A DNA stretch of 64,000 nt from NCBI RefSeq assembly GCF_009914755.1, contig NC_060935.1; one strand, given 5' to 3'. The notes under the pieces were generated by a model, which was not told the DNA's origin, made no database searches, and worked only from the letters and a program-made list of their open reading frames with translations. Below, piece by piece: positions 35,519-48,370 of this stretch. The DNA is from the human T2T-CHM13v2.0 reference genome, Homo sapiens. The position numbers and the translations under genes are program-made. The first letter of the stretch is position 1, and every line of letters starts with the position of its first letter.

Positions 35519-37924
35519 TTATTCAGTGGCGGAAATCTCCTGTCCCCACTTCCTTAGGCTTATGGTTTTTCTGACTCCTCTTAGATAATATAATAGAAAG
35601 TTCTCAGATGGCTTAAGTTGCAAACAAGACTTGAACACAGAAATTAGAATGTCAAGGCCAAGATATTGAACAATGAAGATTTAACATCAAATTCTCTGTT
35701 TCCTTTTTAGCTGGGGCTTGCAGCTCAAGGCTGGCAGCTGGCAGGAGGGCCGGGGCATGGTTGACTGCTTTCTGTGTTTCTGTCTTCCACCTTCCTTCCC
35801 TTCTTCCCAGCTTGCTAGCTAATTGCTGACTCTTCCAAGTTCAGAGAGGTGAGACAGAAGAGGGGGAAGATGATAGGAAAAGTCTACCTTGAACTAGCAC
35901 TAGATGAAACTGGTCTCTAACTCTTTGGCACAACAGCTATTTACAGGTGATTCTTTCTCTCCAGGGCAATATTGAAGTCTATTTTAGAGATTCACATTCT
36001 GGAGACCTTGCTCCATAGTTCTTTTGAGTGAGGAAAATGCATTTCCTACCCCCAATTTTGGGTCCTTCTATAGTCTCTAGACATCTAACATTTACTTCCA
36101 ACTGTCTTGTGGGTATCTCTGCCCTGTTAGACAGCCCCAGGGAACAAGACCTGTGCACCCTGTAAGCTGGTGCCCTTTCATATATGGCCCCCATCTGCTA
36201 ATGTCAGCCAGTCCTGTCAGCTACCCCTATCACTGCAGGCTGATTAGCTTTGTCAGGCCTGTCTCAGGAACCAGTCCTCTGCTCCCAGCTGCAGTGAGTA
36301 CATTTCAAGCCACTAGCTTTTTATTCATTGGTCAATTTAAGTAGGTGATAAAATTGCTCTTCCTTCGAGGGTTATCTTGGACAAAAGACCAATACAGGGT
36401 TCTGTTAAAAAGGAGGGATAGGCAAACAAACAAAATCAAGGCTCAGGAAATCCAAGCTTCTATGACTCTGCTTTTGTTGTTGCTGTTGTTTTTACTCACT
36501 GAAGGTTTTCTTGCTCTCCCAGGTTGGGGTGAGGCTGGTCACCTCCTTACTTACCATTGGTGCAGAAGCACCTGGAGCAGTATCTCCCAAAGCTTCCTGC
36601 TTCTCTTTGCCTTCCCTAGTGGCCAAGCCAGGTTAATCCTAGTAGGCATCTCATTTCTAAGTGAGATTCACTTGACTTCCCGCAACTGCCCTGTGAAATC
36701 GTAGACATGGGAAAAGTGACTCAAAAATGTTCACTGACATGTTTTCTATCTGAGAACATGTCTCACTTTCTCTTTGATTTTCCCTATTCCAAACCTTAAC
36801 ACATGGTTCTAAGCTCTTTATATCAAGCTGCCATCTGATACTGAGCAGGTTCCCACAGACACTGGCCTGCATCTCTGGCTCTCAGAATCTCTGTGTCTCC
36901 TGTGAACAGATTTATGGAGAACCTGGGAATTATCAAAGCCATACATACAGTATTTGGCATTTTCTTCCCGGCATGGGAAGGAACAGGAGCCACTTCCTTT
37001 CTGGCTAGGAGATGACTTAGTTTTATATTTCATATCTTCTATTCAAAGGACATCCTTGTTACTTCTGGCCAGTCTCCTTCTGGACCTTTAAAATCTTACC
37101 ATTATAAACAAAACTTCTCTGGCTGCATGGACACGTTTTCTCTTTACATGAGTTATGCTGCAGATATACCCAGGGCACACCTAGAGGCAGCCTTATGCAT
37201 CTTGGGTGTGTGCTTGTCTGGCTTTGCTTACAACATGCATATGTAATCCTAAGTTTTCATCTTTCTGGAACTGCCTTCTCCTCTGCTATCTAGGTAGAAA
37301 CACCCTCTTCCATGTCACTGCAGAAAGTCTAGGCCCTTTCACAGCTGTTTCTGAGGATACTTGGGAGGTACTTACCTCTCCTTGCTATTTACAGTCTCCA
37401 TTTCTGGACCCTTTCCTTGAGCTGCTCTCTGATCACCCTGTTTATTTCCCAATACTTTGGGGTTGCTCTCTTCTTCCCAGGCTGCTGGTGTGGCCATGCA
37501 GTTTGTATACTGCACAGCTCCAAGGGATTGCTTTTCATTCCAACACGAATTTGAAGGACCTCCTTTAGAGTTGACAAACATGGCACACCCTCTGATCCCT
37601 GTCTTTATCACAAGGGTAGTGGATCTGTCTCTTTGGTACCCAAACAGTCCCAACACAAAGCTGGTTTGTGCAAAAACAGAACAAGAAAACTTAAAGTTAG
37701 TTGTCAGATGTCATTTCACAGGCTGGTTCCTAGTTTCTGTTATTTGATGATATGTCTCCAACCAGTCACGTTTCTCCTCAAGCCACCTGTCTACCCCTAT
37801 ATTGCTAAAGACAGTTTCTTTATTAGGTCAGAATCCCCTTTTCCTCCAACATCCAGAAGAAGCAATAAATCAATTAACAATGTAATATCTTCCCAAGGAT
37901 GCTAGCTATACAAAATGAAGACAG

Positions 37925-38258
37925 CCTGTTCCTCCCTCCCTTCCTTCCCCATTTCCTTCATTCCTCCTCCTTTACTCCCTTCTTTCTCTTTTCCTTTTCC
38001 TTCCCTCCCTCTGTCTCTTTCTCCCTTCCATCCTTCCTTGCTCCCTCCCTCCATTATTTTCTCCCTCTCTTCCTCCCTTCTTTCCTCCTCTATTCCCCCA
38101 TCCCTCTCCCCTCCTTCCCTGCCTTCCTTCCCCTCTTTTTCTCTCACTTCTTCTTTCCCTCCTTTTCTTCCTCCTTCCCTTCTTCCCCCACCTTCCTTCC
38201 TTCCTTCTCTCTTCTTTCTTCCTTCTCTCCCCTTCCTCCCTCTGTTCCTTTCTTCCTC
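37925..38258. repeat. CT-rich polypyrimidine low-complexity tract, (CCTT)n-like
   Basis: Direct reading; abuts the tail of an antisense L2. Confidence 0.95.
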
Positions 38259-38730
38259 AAATACTTATATATTTACTCCTATGTGTCAGGCATGATTCTA
38301 GGTTCATGGGATTCAGTGTTGAACAATCAGACAATGCCCCTGTCCCCATGCAACCTACATTCTACTAGTAAGGGAGTAATACCTAAATATATCATTTCAG
38401 ATAGTGGTGCTTATTAGGAAGACAGAACAAGCTGGGGAAGGGGATAGAACAGGGACTCTCAATCTTGGCTTCATGTTAGAATCACCTAAGGGCTTTAAAC
38501 ATCCCCATATCTACTACCACCCACAGAGCTTCTCATATGATTGCCCTAGAGTGAGGCATTGCTAGACTTTAAAGCTCCCCAGGTGATTTTAATGTGCACT
38601 AGGCCATTAGAAACCACTGGGATGAGAAGAACGGCATATATACCACTTTAGACAGGGTAACAAAGGAAGGTTTCCTGAGATGACACCTGGATAAAGCAGG
38701 GATGTGGCCAAAGGAAGATTTCTGGCATAA
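38256..38730 (-). mobile_element. L2a 3' end, interrupted by MER5A
   Basis: caaatacttat...ctatgtgtcaggcatgattctagg...gaacaatcagacaatgcccctg. Confidence 0.75.
38450..38619. mobile_element. MER5A/MER5A1
   Basis: cagggactctcaatcttggc...ttagaatcacct...aagctccccaggtgattttaatgtgca...aaccactg; degenerate TSD ggatagaa/ggatgaga. Confidence 0.85.
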
Positions 38731-38912
38731 CAAAGGTGTTTTGGCTAATGTTTGAGCACTGATTTGTAGGGGTTACAGATTTCCATGCCATAAATAGTCT
38801 CACCAGAACTGATTTCAAACCACCAGTGTGATAGCACTGAACGTGGAGCTGGGAATATATGGTAACAGTTGGCTCCTGTAAGCCTCTATGAGCTGGCTTC
38901 AGCATACCACTA
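38731..38912 (-). mobile_element. MER63A (hAT-Blackjack)
   Basis: ctgatttgtag...gatttcaaaccacc...cactgaacgtggagctgggaa...gagctggcttcagcataccact. Confidence 0.8.
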
Positions 38913-40031
38913 GCTAAGCAGTCTAGGCAAAAAGAACAGGCTGTGCAAAGGCCCTGCCACTTCCATTGTTTTGCAGGGTAGTTCAGCACCTACTAGGCTC
39001 AACCTTTCCTTTTGGGACCAGGCTTTGAACATTTCCTTTATATAATCAAAGCATCCATGGAAATATTTCTCCTTCCCCTACAAAGCCCCACAAACAAAGA
39101 GAATAAACTAGTCCTTTTGTACAAATGGTTTCTGTGTCCCCTCCAGAGTTTTAGCAATGGCTTTATATTTCAAAGTGGCACTCTTTTGTTTCTCCTTTCC
39201 CTTTTTGATTCTGTCACACAGCATTCTGCATATTTTATCTTCCACTTACCGAGACCAGGCTTGCTTTTCATTTTTGCTTCTCCAGTTCCTACAAATTCCT
39301 TACACTTTGAATAATGACTTTGCGTTAGTTCTCCCTGAGTCTACTTTGTGATGCTAACAAACAAATAAACAAACAACAGAACAATCACAAAGTCCAAAAG
39401 AGAGGAGAGACTTGAAGCCCTCCTTAAAAAATATCTTCAGGAAAGAAGTAAACGAAAACCCTTTATTTCCTGCACTAAACAAAATTTCTCTTCTTTTTGG
39501 ACATCTTATTGAAATAATATTAAATCAAACAAGCAGGCTGAACAATAAATGGAGAGTCATGAACACTATGAGACCTAATCAGAAGCAAAGGGAATTATGG
39601 TGAGTGGTTCTTCAATTGCATAATAATGACAATTTTTACCTCAGCAAAGTATGCTTTTTTCCCTAAAAGCAGACAGAATGTCAAACAGAAGTTGTAATTG
39701 GATGATGTGATTTACATACAGATTAATCCATTATTAGTCTAAGTGATAATCTTGATTCAGCAAGATACTTATCATCCAATTGCTTTGCTCACATAAATCC
39801 AAATGACTCTGTAACTTTAATTGTATTGCATGTTCCAGAAATATTGTCCATGATTACACCCTGTTTGCAATAATTAGGTGGTAATTAGCATTACAAGTGT
39901 CTTTTAAAAAATACTATCATTAGAGAGATTGCTAAATGAATTACCTGGCGCAGGGGACTTGATTTTCTTGGCGTAGGTACCTTTCTCCACAGAAGGGGCA
40001 GTGATGTTCAAAGGCATTCTCAGAGAAAGCA

Positions 40032-40654
40032 TGTATTAGTCTGAAATCACTGCTGTAACAAATCACTGCAAACTTAGTGGCTTAAAACAACACAAATTTA
40101 TTATCTTGCAGTTTCTGTAGGACAGAAGTCTGGTACACTTTGGTCTGTTTGGACACCCAAAAGGCCAAAAGCAAGGTGTCAGCAGGCTGTATTCCTTTCT
40201 GGAGGCTCTAGGAGAGAATCTGTTTTCTTGCTCATTCAAGTTGTTGGCAGAATTCAGTTCCTTCCTGCTATAGGACTGAGCTCCCTGTCTCCTTGCTGGC
40301 TGTTGGCTGAGGTCCATTCCCAGCTTTTCACGGCTGTCTGCATGTCTTGGCTTATGGCCCCCTCCATCTCCAAAGTCAGCACTGGCAGGCTGAGTCGCAT
40401 GCTTTGAATTGCTCCTGCTTTTTCTTCATAGCATCTCTCTGACTTCAGCTGACATTAGTTCTGTTTAAAGGGCTCATGTTATTATATTGGACTCTCCTGG
40501 ATAATCCAGGCTACCCTCCCCATTTAAAGTTTCTTAACCATAATGACATCTTCAAAGTCCCTTTTGCCATGTGAGGAGACATATGCGTGGGTTCCAGGGT
40601 TTAGGGCCTGGACATCTAAGGGAATGGGGAGGGGTGCATTATCAGCCTATTACA
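40032..40654 (-). mobile_element. MLT1E-type MaLR solo LTR
   Basis: tgtattagtc...ggcttaaaacaacacaaatttattatct...gctcattcaagttgttggcagaattcagttcc...cagcctattaca. Confidence 0.85.
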
Positions 40655-40926
40655 GAGCCTGAGCCACATATGTGTTTCATTAGGCATGCTGTGTCTTCTC
40701 ACAGATAATAGCAGGATATACTAGTAATTTCTGTCCTTCTTGGAGTAGTGACTGACTCAATTCGAGAAAGACAAAAGGACAACGGAATGCTTTGATGCTT
40801 AGACTACATCGAGATGCAACAATAGGCAGAGAAAAGAATTTCTGTTAAGTAACTGGTTGATATTTTTGAGAGTGTCTCATAAAGAACTATTGATTTTGAA
40901 AATATTGGCTTGGAAGATGCTAAACA

Positions 40927-41261
<335 letters not shown>

Positions 41262-41284
41262 TAGTTGTGTATTTTTTATTTTTT

Positions 41285-41425
41285 GTCCATCACATATGAG
41301 TCCATGAAGACAGAAGTAATGTCTGTCTTGTTCACTACTGTGTCCATAGAGCCAGGAAGAGGACCTGGCATGGAGTTGCTCAATAACTATTTTCAATAAT
41401 ACACATTTATTGAACGGATTATTTA
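41285..41425 (+). mobile_element. L2a 3' end
   Basis: tgtctgtcttgttcactactgtgtcc...cctggcatggagttgctcaataa. Confidence 0.7.
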
Positions 41426-41545
41426 GCAACAACTATGACAGCAGTTCCAGGAAATCTAGCAGTGAAAAAGGCAGACATGGTCCCTGCCCACCTGCTCTTA
41501 AACAGACATTAAACACATGATGACATGACTAATTATAATGAGGAT

Positions 41546-41947
41546 TTATATGGTTTAGATCTGGGTCCCTGCCTAAATCTCATGTCAAACTGTAATCCCT
41601 GATATTGGAGGTGGGGCCTGGTAGGAGGTGATTGGATCATGGAGGTGGTTTCTGATGGTTTAGTACCATCTATCTAGTGCTATCTTGTCATAGAGCTCTT
41701 AGGAAATCTGGATGTTTAAATGTCTGTAGCACCTCCCCCACCTCTCTCTTCCTCCTGCTTCAGCCACGTAAGATGTGCCTGCTTCCCCTTCACCTTCTGC
41801 CATGATTGAAAGTTTCCTGAGGCCTCCCCAGAAGTTGTCATGCTTCCTGCATGGCCTGCAGAACCGTGAGCCAATTAAACCTCTTTTCTTTACATATTAC
41901 CCAGTCTCCGATATTTCTTTATAGCATTGTGAAAACGAACTAGTAAA
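41546..41947 (+). mobile_element. MSTA MaLR solo LTR
   Basis: atatggtttagatctgggtccc...gagccaattaaacctcttttcttt...ttacccagtctc; TSD aggat/aagat. Confidence 0.9.
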
Positions 41948-42171
41948 AAGATAAAACTGAAAATCTTAAAAGTGGTAGAAATGTACTTTACTATTTGAAC
42001 TTAAAATGTACAATTGTCCACCAATATTTTGATGTAGCATCAAGATATTCTGTCTGAATAGGTTTTGGTTGCACAAAGTTCTACATTTTCCTACTTACAT
42101 AAATCAAACCCCAAATTCGTATCTATGATTGTCAGTTTCTGCTTCTCTTCAGTGGTGTGAGGACTCAAGAT

Positions 42172-42505
42172 CAGGGTTTGGCAAACTATGGCTCACCATC
42201 TGTTTCTGTATGGCCCAGAGCTAAGAATGGGTGGTTTTACATTTTTAAATGGTTGAAAAAAATTAAAAGAAGAATAATATTTTGTGACATGTAAAAATTA
42301 TATGAAATTCAAATTTCAGTGTTCGTAAATAGAATTCATTGGATCATAGTCATACCCAATCATTTACATACGATCTATGGCTGCTTTTATGTTACAGCAG
42401 TAGAGTTTAGTTGCCACTATACAGCCCACAAAGACTCATTATGGCCCCGCAAAGCCTAAAATATTTACTATGTGACCCTTTAGAGTAACTGTTTGCTGAC
42501 CACTG
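42172..42505 (+). mobile_element. MER58B (hAT-Charlie)
   Basis: cagggtttggcaaactatggc...gcaaagcctaaaatatttactat...gtttgctgaccactg; TSD ctcaagat/ttcaagat. Confidence 0.92.
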
Positions 42506-44729
42506 TTCAAGATACTTGAATAGTAAATTGAGGGCATAAACTTTGTAGATTCCTACCCCAATAATTTTGTTGGTAGTATGTGTGTATTGAAAAGGGGCTT
42601 CAAGGCAAGGCCAGTAGGCTACTTTCTAAGGCATTACATCTTATATCAATAATTGTTGGTGACTCCACTCTATTCAATATTTCCAAAACATTGAAATGTT
42701 AATCAACTAAGAAGGGAAACAGCTCTCCTTCTCAGTTGATTCACATTTTATCAATTTACACTATCCTCAATTAAATTATACAATGATGCCAACAGGTATG
42801 TATTACCATAAATTAGTTTCGAGATGAACACAGCTGACTCCTGGTAAGCAGACATCTCCAAGAGTGAGGCAGAAGTATATACTGTTCCAGAGAGGAACCC
42901 ACTAGCTGTAGACATAGTGAGGTCATCTGTCCCTGTATTTTATGGAGGAATGGAAAGGTCTGGTTAATGCTGCAAGTTGGTCAAGTGAGAACTTCTGCAG
43001 CAGATAAGAAAATTTAGTACAAATTAAACATAAATTTGTATAGAGTAATTAGAACCATGCTTTTCTAGATGTCATTTATCTATCATGCAAGGAAACTTGC
43101 ATCTAGAATTTTGAATTTTTAGTGTTATTAATGTGGGGAACTATTTTATGTTACAGAACTTTAAACCTCTAATGTAGGAGACTTTCTTGCCAGGGCTCTC
43201 AAAACTCTGATTTTACTTTTATAGAAACCTTATCTTCCATCCAAATATCAAAGTGAAATCCCTTATCCCACTCTGTTTAGAATTCAGTCAATAATTGCAG
43301 TCATTTTCCATGCTTTCCTCCAAGATAATTTTCTCCTGCAATCTCTTAATTCAGGAGAGAGTTATCCATAAAGTCTGCTTTAAATTTTTTTTAAAAAAAT
43401 GCCCAGTCATGTGATTCTGTGCCTCATTAAATGAATATTTTATCTTCTGAATAGTAATTTCAATTTATTCAAATGAGGGTAATCATTGCAAAGTGTAATA
43501 TATAATTAAAAAGTAACCTCTTAGCCAGATGCAGGTGTTAAAAATAGAGTTGATGCAGATTTGGTATCATTTTCAGTTTAGAAACTTTGTCTTTTCCTAT
43601 TTCAGTGGTTCCTTTAGCCCTGGAATGTCACCTCCTCAATGAGCAACTGGCTTGTTTTTATGTTATAAGGATTTGGGATTGAAAAGTCAAAAGGAACCTC
43701 TATCTATCTTTCCTAATTTGCCTTAGTAGATGCAATATGAAAACAGCATAGCATTAAGGAAGAATCTTTTCTTTCTTTTTAGTTTCTCTCTCTGGAGCTG
43801 AGTTAAAATGGAATACAGTCATTAAAAGGTTATCTAGAGTAACAAGCTCTCTGCCAAAAGCAGAGCAGAAGGCTCTATTCCTCTGTGAGTTGTTTTATGA
43901 AGTAACTCATGGCTGACAATCAGTGAACTAAATCCTCTGACAAGGAGAGATTTACAAGGACTTGTCTATAGAGACGAAGTGTTTCTACAGACTTGAGAAG
44001 AGCTGGGACCAGGGATTAGCAGCCCTGCACATAAATACAACTTGTGGCTTCAGGATTCCACAGCTGGGAGCTTTCAATAGCCACTCTGTGTAAATATGCC
44101 TATGGAATTGAATTCTAAATATCGATCGTCCTGCATACAGGATTCATATGGCTTCCAGGGTTTATAGATGGGCTAACCAGGTGTTCTCCAGACACATATC
44201 TCAACCATGGAGCTCTTTTTCCTGATTTCTTGGGAAGCTATAGTGCTTAAACTCTCTCCTCTTGCTCCGCATCCCAGCACTAAAGAAAGGGCTAACCAAG
44301 TTAAGTTTTCACCCCAATCTCCTTTCTTCTGGCTCACAACTGTCTATTGTCCATTGTTATTGGTATTTCCTGGCAAGTATGTTAGGTATTGGGAGTGGTG
44401 AGGTTATTGCAGTATGAATTAATTGGACATTTAATTCATGACTTTGGATGTGACTCCTAATATTCAAGGGTTAATTTTGTTAGGCCCAGATGAAAGAATT
44501 AATCATCAGAGATAAATTGCATAGGGACTTACATGCGTAGAATAACACAGCTGGAAGATACATTAAAGATTATCCAGGACGTCTCTATCATTTTTTTTTA
44601 ATATGAGAAAATTAAGGCCTACAGAGGTAAGAGACTTATATATGGCCACAAAGATGGCCTAGTTCAATGATGATTACACCCTGCAGGATTATAATAAGCT
44701 ACATTGCTTGTGCACTATCAAGATATTGT

Positions 44730-45010
44730 AATTACAAGTATCTGCTGTGAAGCCAGATTTCCCGGGTTTGAATCCTATCTCTGTAATTTACTAGCTATAC
44801 AACCATGGAAAATGTGTTTTACTTTCTGTGTCTCAGAGTATTCATTGACAAATGGAGATAATAAGGGCACTACCTCATGGGGTTGTTTGTTTATCAAATT
44901 AGTAAATACACATGAACCACTCAGAACAATACCTATGAAGAGTAAATGCTCATGTCGGCACTGGTGCTATCACTACTATCCTATTACTGCTACTCCCTAC
45001 TACTACTACT
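44730..45010 (+). mobile_element. MIR with (TAC)n tail
   Basis: agccagatttcccgggtttgaatcc...tctgtgtctcag...aaatggagataataagggcactacctcatggggttgtt. Confidence 0.85.
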
Positions 45011-45619
45011 AGTTCTTGACTGATTTCTCCCAACTCAATGTGATCTGTGAACCAATAAAAAAAATTAAAAAGAAGAAATATACCATGTTTTGCATTTTCA
45101 TCGGAACAATACATATGAGCGTGTTTGTGTATGTATGTGTACTATGTAGGTGTTTAAATCTATTGTATGTGTGTATTCTTTGTGTAAAACTATTAAATAA
45201 GATCAGCCAATTTTCCCCTGAACTAAATAGGAACTGACTCAACATTTCATCACTCTCAAGTTGCTGATTTGTAAGTATTAACACTCCATTTTGAATTTAC
45301 GTGTGTCCTTGTGGGACGTATATCATGATATATATTACTGGGGTGTGCCTGGGGTTGGTACTTCCTCATTTTTTTCAATAAGTTGAGTCATAAAGCAACT
45401 TTGTTGCTTTATTTTGTCTCAGTGCTCAAAAGGTAGCCCATGTGTAGGAGGTAGGAAACATGAATTTACATATTCTAGTTACTCTTGGAATGCTTTTTCT
45501 TGGGAGGAGTATAAAATTGGTGGAGTAAATCCTCTACCAAAATAAAGAGAAGGCCTGATGGCTTATACTATTCTCACTTTGTTCTGAAGAGCCTTCACTC
45601 ATGGTCTTGCAGAAGGTAC

Positions 45620-45912
45620 TTATTTGAAGACTGTTTATAGTAGCTCTGTAATTACAAAAAAGTGGAAGCAACTTAATGACCATTGAGAAGAAAATGGAAA
45701 ACCAAATTGCAATTTATTTATATAAGATATTACATAGCAGTAAAAATGAATAATCTATGGCAATATAAAATAACTTAAATGAGTGTTGATAACATAATGA
45801 TGAATAAAATCACAAATTCCAGAAGATAGTCTATAACGTGGCATGGTTCTTATAATAACTAAAAACAAACTACAAAATAATATGTTATTTAAGAACACAT
45901 ATGTATGTGGCA
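45620..45912 (+). mobile_element. L1ME fragment
   Basis: tgtttatagtagctctgtaattacaaaaaagtggaagcaac...tacatagcagtaaaaatgaa. Confidence 0.65.
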
Positions 45913-47111
45913 AAACTCTCACATATTAATTTCTAAGTAATAAATAAGTGAATCAATAAAAATGCATGCATTGCCCAATGACAACATTGTATTATGAATA
46001 ATCCAAGTCTATGCACCCGAGGTCCATAGGAAGAAAAAATAATTTCAAAAAGAATAATCTCATAAGCCATTGTTTTGCAAGAAATAAAACTTCAGCATGT
46101 AGTGTGTACAGAATAAAAACCACAGAGTGTGACTTGGGAATAAGAAACTGTTATTTAAAAGTCCTAAAATTTTTTTAAAATCTTATGTGATAACATCTGT
46201 CCTCTGTAGGCTTTTCACTCTGTGATTGCTGGCCAAGACATTGCTATTTGTATTTGAGTCCATGGGGTAAGGTTATGAGATAGCCTTTATAGGACTTTGT
46301 TTAAAAGAAATAAAATCTGGGCACATTTCCATTCCCTCCAGTCCTGCTGAAGCCCAGAGTAGAAAAAAGGCAACAGATTCCGAGGACTCATCGTTCAAAT
46401 ACATGGAAAAAAGCCAGACGAGTCCTTTTTTCTACTACTGGCTTCGCTTTCATCTCTGCTGTTTGTTTCCTTACTCTGGTGTGTAAAGAGGGGGTGAGTC
46501 CCAAAGCAAGAACAGGCCAAGAGAAGATGCATGGCTCAGCTGCTGAGCCAGTGAGCCACCTGAGAGCAGCACGACATGTTTGAAACATGTGTCTGGGTTT
46601 CTCTTCTCCCTAAACGCCCGACCTTTGTTGACTTTCAAGTAGCACGGCTGCTGCTGAATAATAACAAAGAACAAACTTGCAAATCATAAAGTGCAAGGAT
46701 GGGCTTACAGGAGAGGGCTGGGATTCACAGGCTGTTTTCCTGATTTTCTTTTTATCTCTTGTGATGCCAATAAAGAGGTACTTGTGAGAACAGCTTAGAG
46801 TTTTGAGCCTTTTCTGACAATACTTTGACTTGTAACTTTCCAACTTGGAAAACTTTCTTCCTCAGGTTGCATGTGGAGAAAATCGGGATGAATTTCCCCT
46901 ATTTCACTGCAATGCTAGGAGAAAACTACCGCCCTCCGATGGGCACAGAGAAAATTAAACCAGTGCAACCCCTTAGAAGTAAAGGACAGTGAACAGACCA
47001 AAGTGGGCTGCTGCTAGTCCCATAGTTTTTGGAAGCATTATGTTTTATATTAACTAATGCAAAGTCTGCTTTCCATTTAGCAATATGCCTGAGCTTGTTT
47101 TAATAGAAAAG

Positions 47112-47112
<1 letters not shown>

Positions 47113-47166
<54 letters not shown>

Positions 47167-47172
47167 TTTTTT
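47113..47172. repeat. (TA)n followed by poly(T)
   Basis: Direct reading. Confidence 0.95.
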
Positions 47173-47619
47173 GCTTGCCAAATTGTCTAAGCAAAACAAT
47201 GTTTCTGGAATATGTTTATGCTATGACTTCTGGTATCCCTGGGGTACATCTGTATTCATTTATTTGGAGACTACAATTTAAGCTTTGTTGTTCATTATTG
47301 TATTAATATCTCTAGCACTTGGCTCAGTGAATATCAAGCATTTCCGAATGCCTGGACAACCTTTCCTTAACCTCATTTGAGTCTCATAACAACCCTCTGG
47401 GTGGGCACTGTTATCACCTCTTCTAGCGGCTGGCATCTTAATTTTTGGTGTTTTGGGGTTTTTTTGGTAAGTCCATAATGCATATTTCTAGAAAAAATGC
47501 ATAGTTCTCATTTCACAGGTGAAGAAATCTCTGGGTTCAGAGAAGCCAAGTTACTTTCCCCAATGTTATACATTATGTAAATGGCACAGTTGCATCTAAA
47601 ATATATGTCTTAAAAATTA

Positions 47620-47730
47620 ATTTATTAATTAACTTTCCCCAGTTTATTGAGGTATAAATGGCAAATATAAATTATATGTATTCAAGTTGTACAACATGAT
47701 GTTGTGATATATGTCATTGTGAAGTGATTT
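47620..47730 (-). mobile_element. L1MA/MB 3' terminal fragment
   Basis: cagtttattgaggtataaatggcaaat...tgtacaacatgatgttgtgatatatg...cattgtgaagtgatt. Confidence 0.75.
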
Positions 47731-48139
47731 AATCCTGGCTCCTAGCTATTTGCTCTTTCCCTGCTAACTTGTTACTTTCCTAATGGCAATTTCCCTAGTG
47801 AGAAACTCTGGAAGAAAAATATTGGATGGTAAAGAGTACATTTAGTTAGGTGCTCAGGAATTGAATCAATTTTTTTTTAACATGTAATCAGTGTATTCTT
47901 CAATGAACTTCTTTACTTTTTTGTTGTTCAGACAATTCTAGTATGGGCTCTGTTCATGTCCTAGTGGAAAATGTTGGCATAATAAGGTTGGAAATGTCAC
48001 TTTGAAACCCTTACTATTGTTTTTTCCTGCTATTCTCTTCCTTGGTTCTCTCTACCTAGCCAAATCCTGCTTATCCTGCACTCAGTAAGTAGCAAGCTTT
48101 TTGAGTGCAAGACCTTGTCTTGGAGGTGATATTGAAGAG

Positions 48140-48370
48140 TGTTATAAAGTTAGTCTTTGGCTTAATATTTTTCAAGCTCAAATGTAAGCTGTTGCTTGCT
48201 AATTTTGTGAGCCTGGAAAAGTCTGTTTTCTCATCTGCTAAAGGTACATAATAATAATACATACTTCCTAGCATTATTAGAAGAATTAAACAATAATAAC
48301 TTGTTAATCCATTATTATACTCAGTGTTGAGTACATACTGAGTATTCAAAAATAGTTAACTATTATTTTC
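48140..48370 (+). mobile_element. MIR SINE
   Basis: tctgttttctcatctgctaaa...ataataatacatacttcctagcattattagaagaattaaa...aaatagttaactattatt. Confidence 0.7.

Noticed and set aside
37899-38417. Longest ORF (172 aa, F/S/P/L-rich) and overlapping ORFs
   Set aside because: This is translation of the CT low-complexity tract plus L2.
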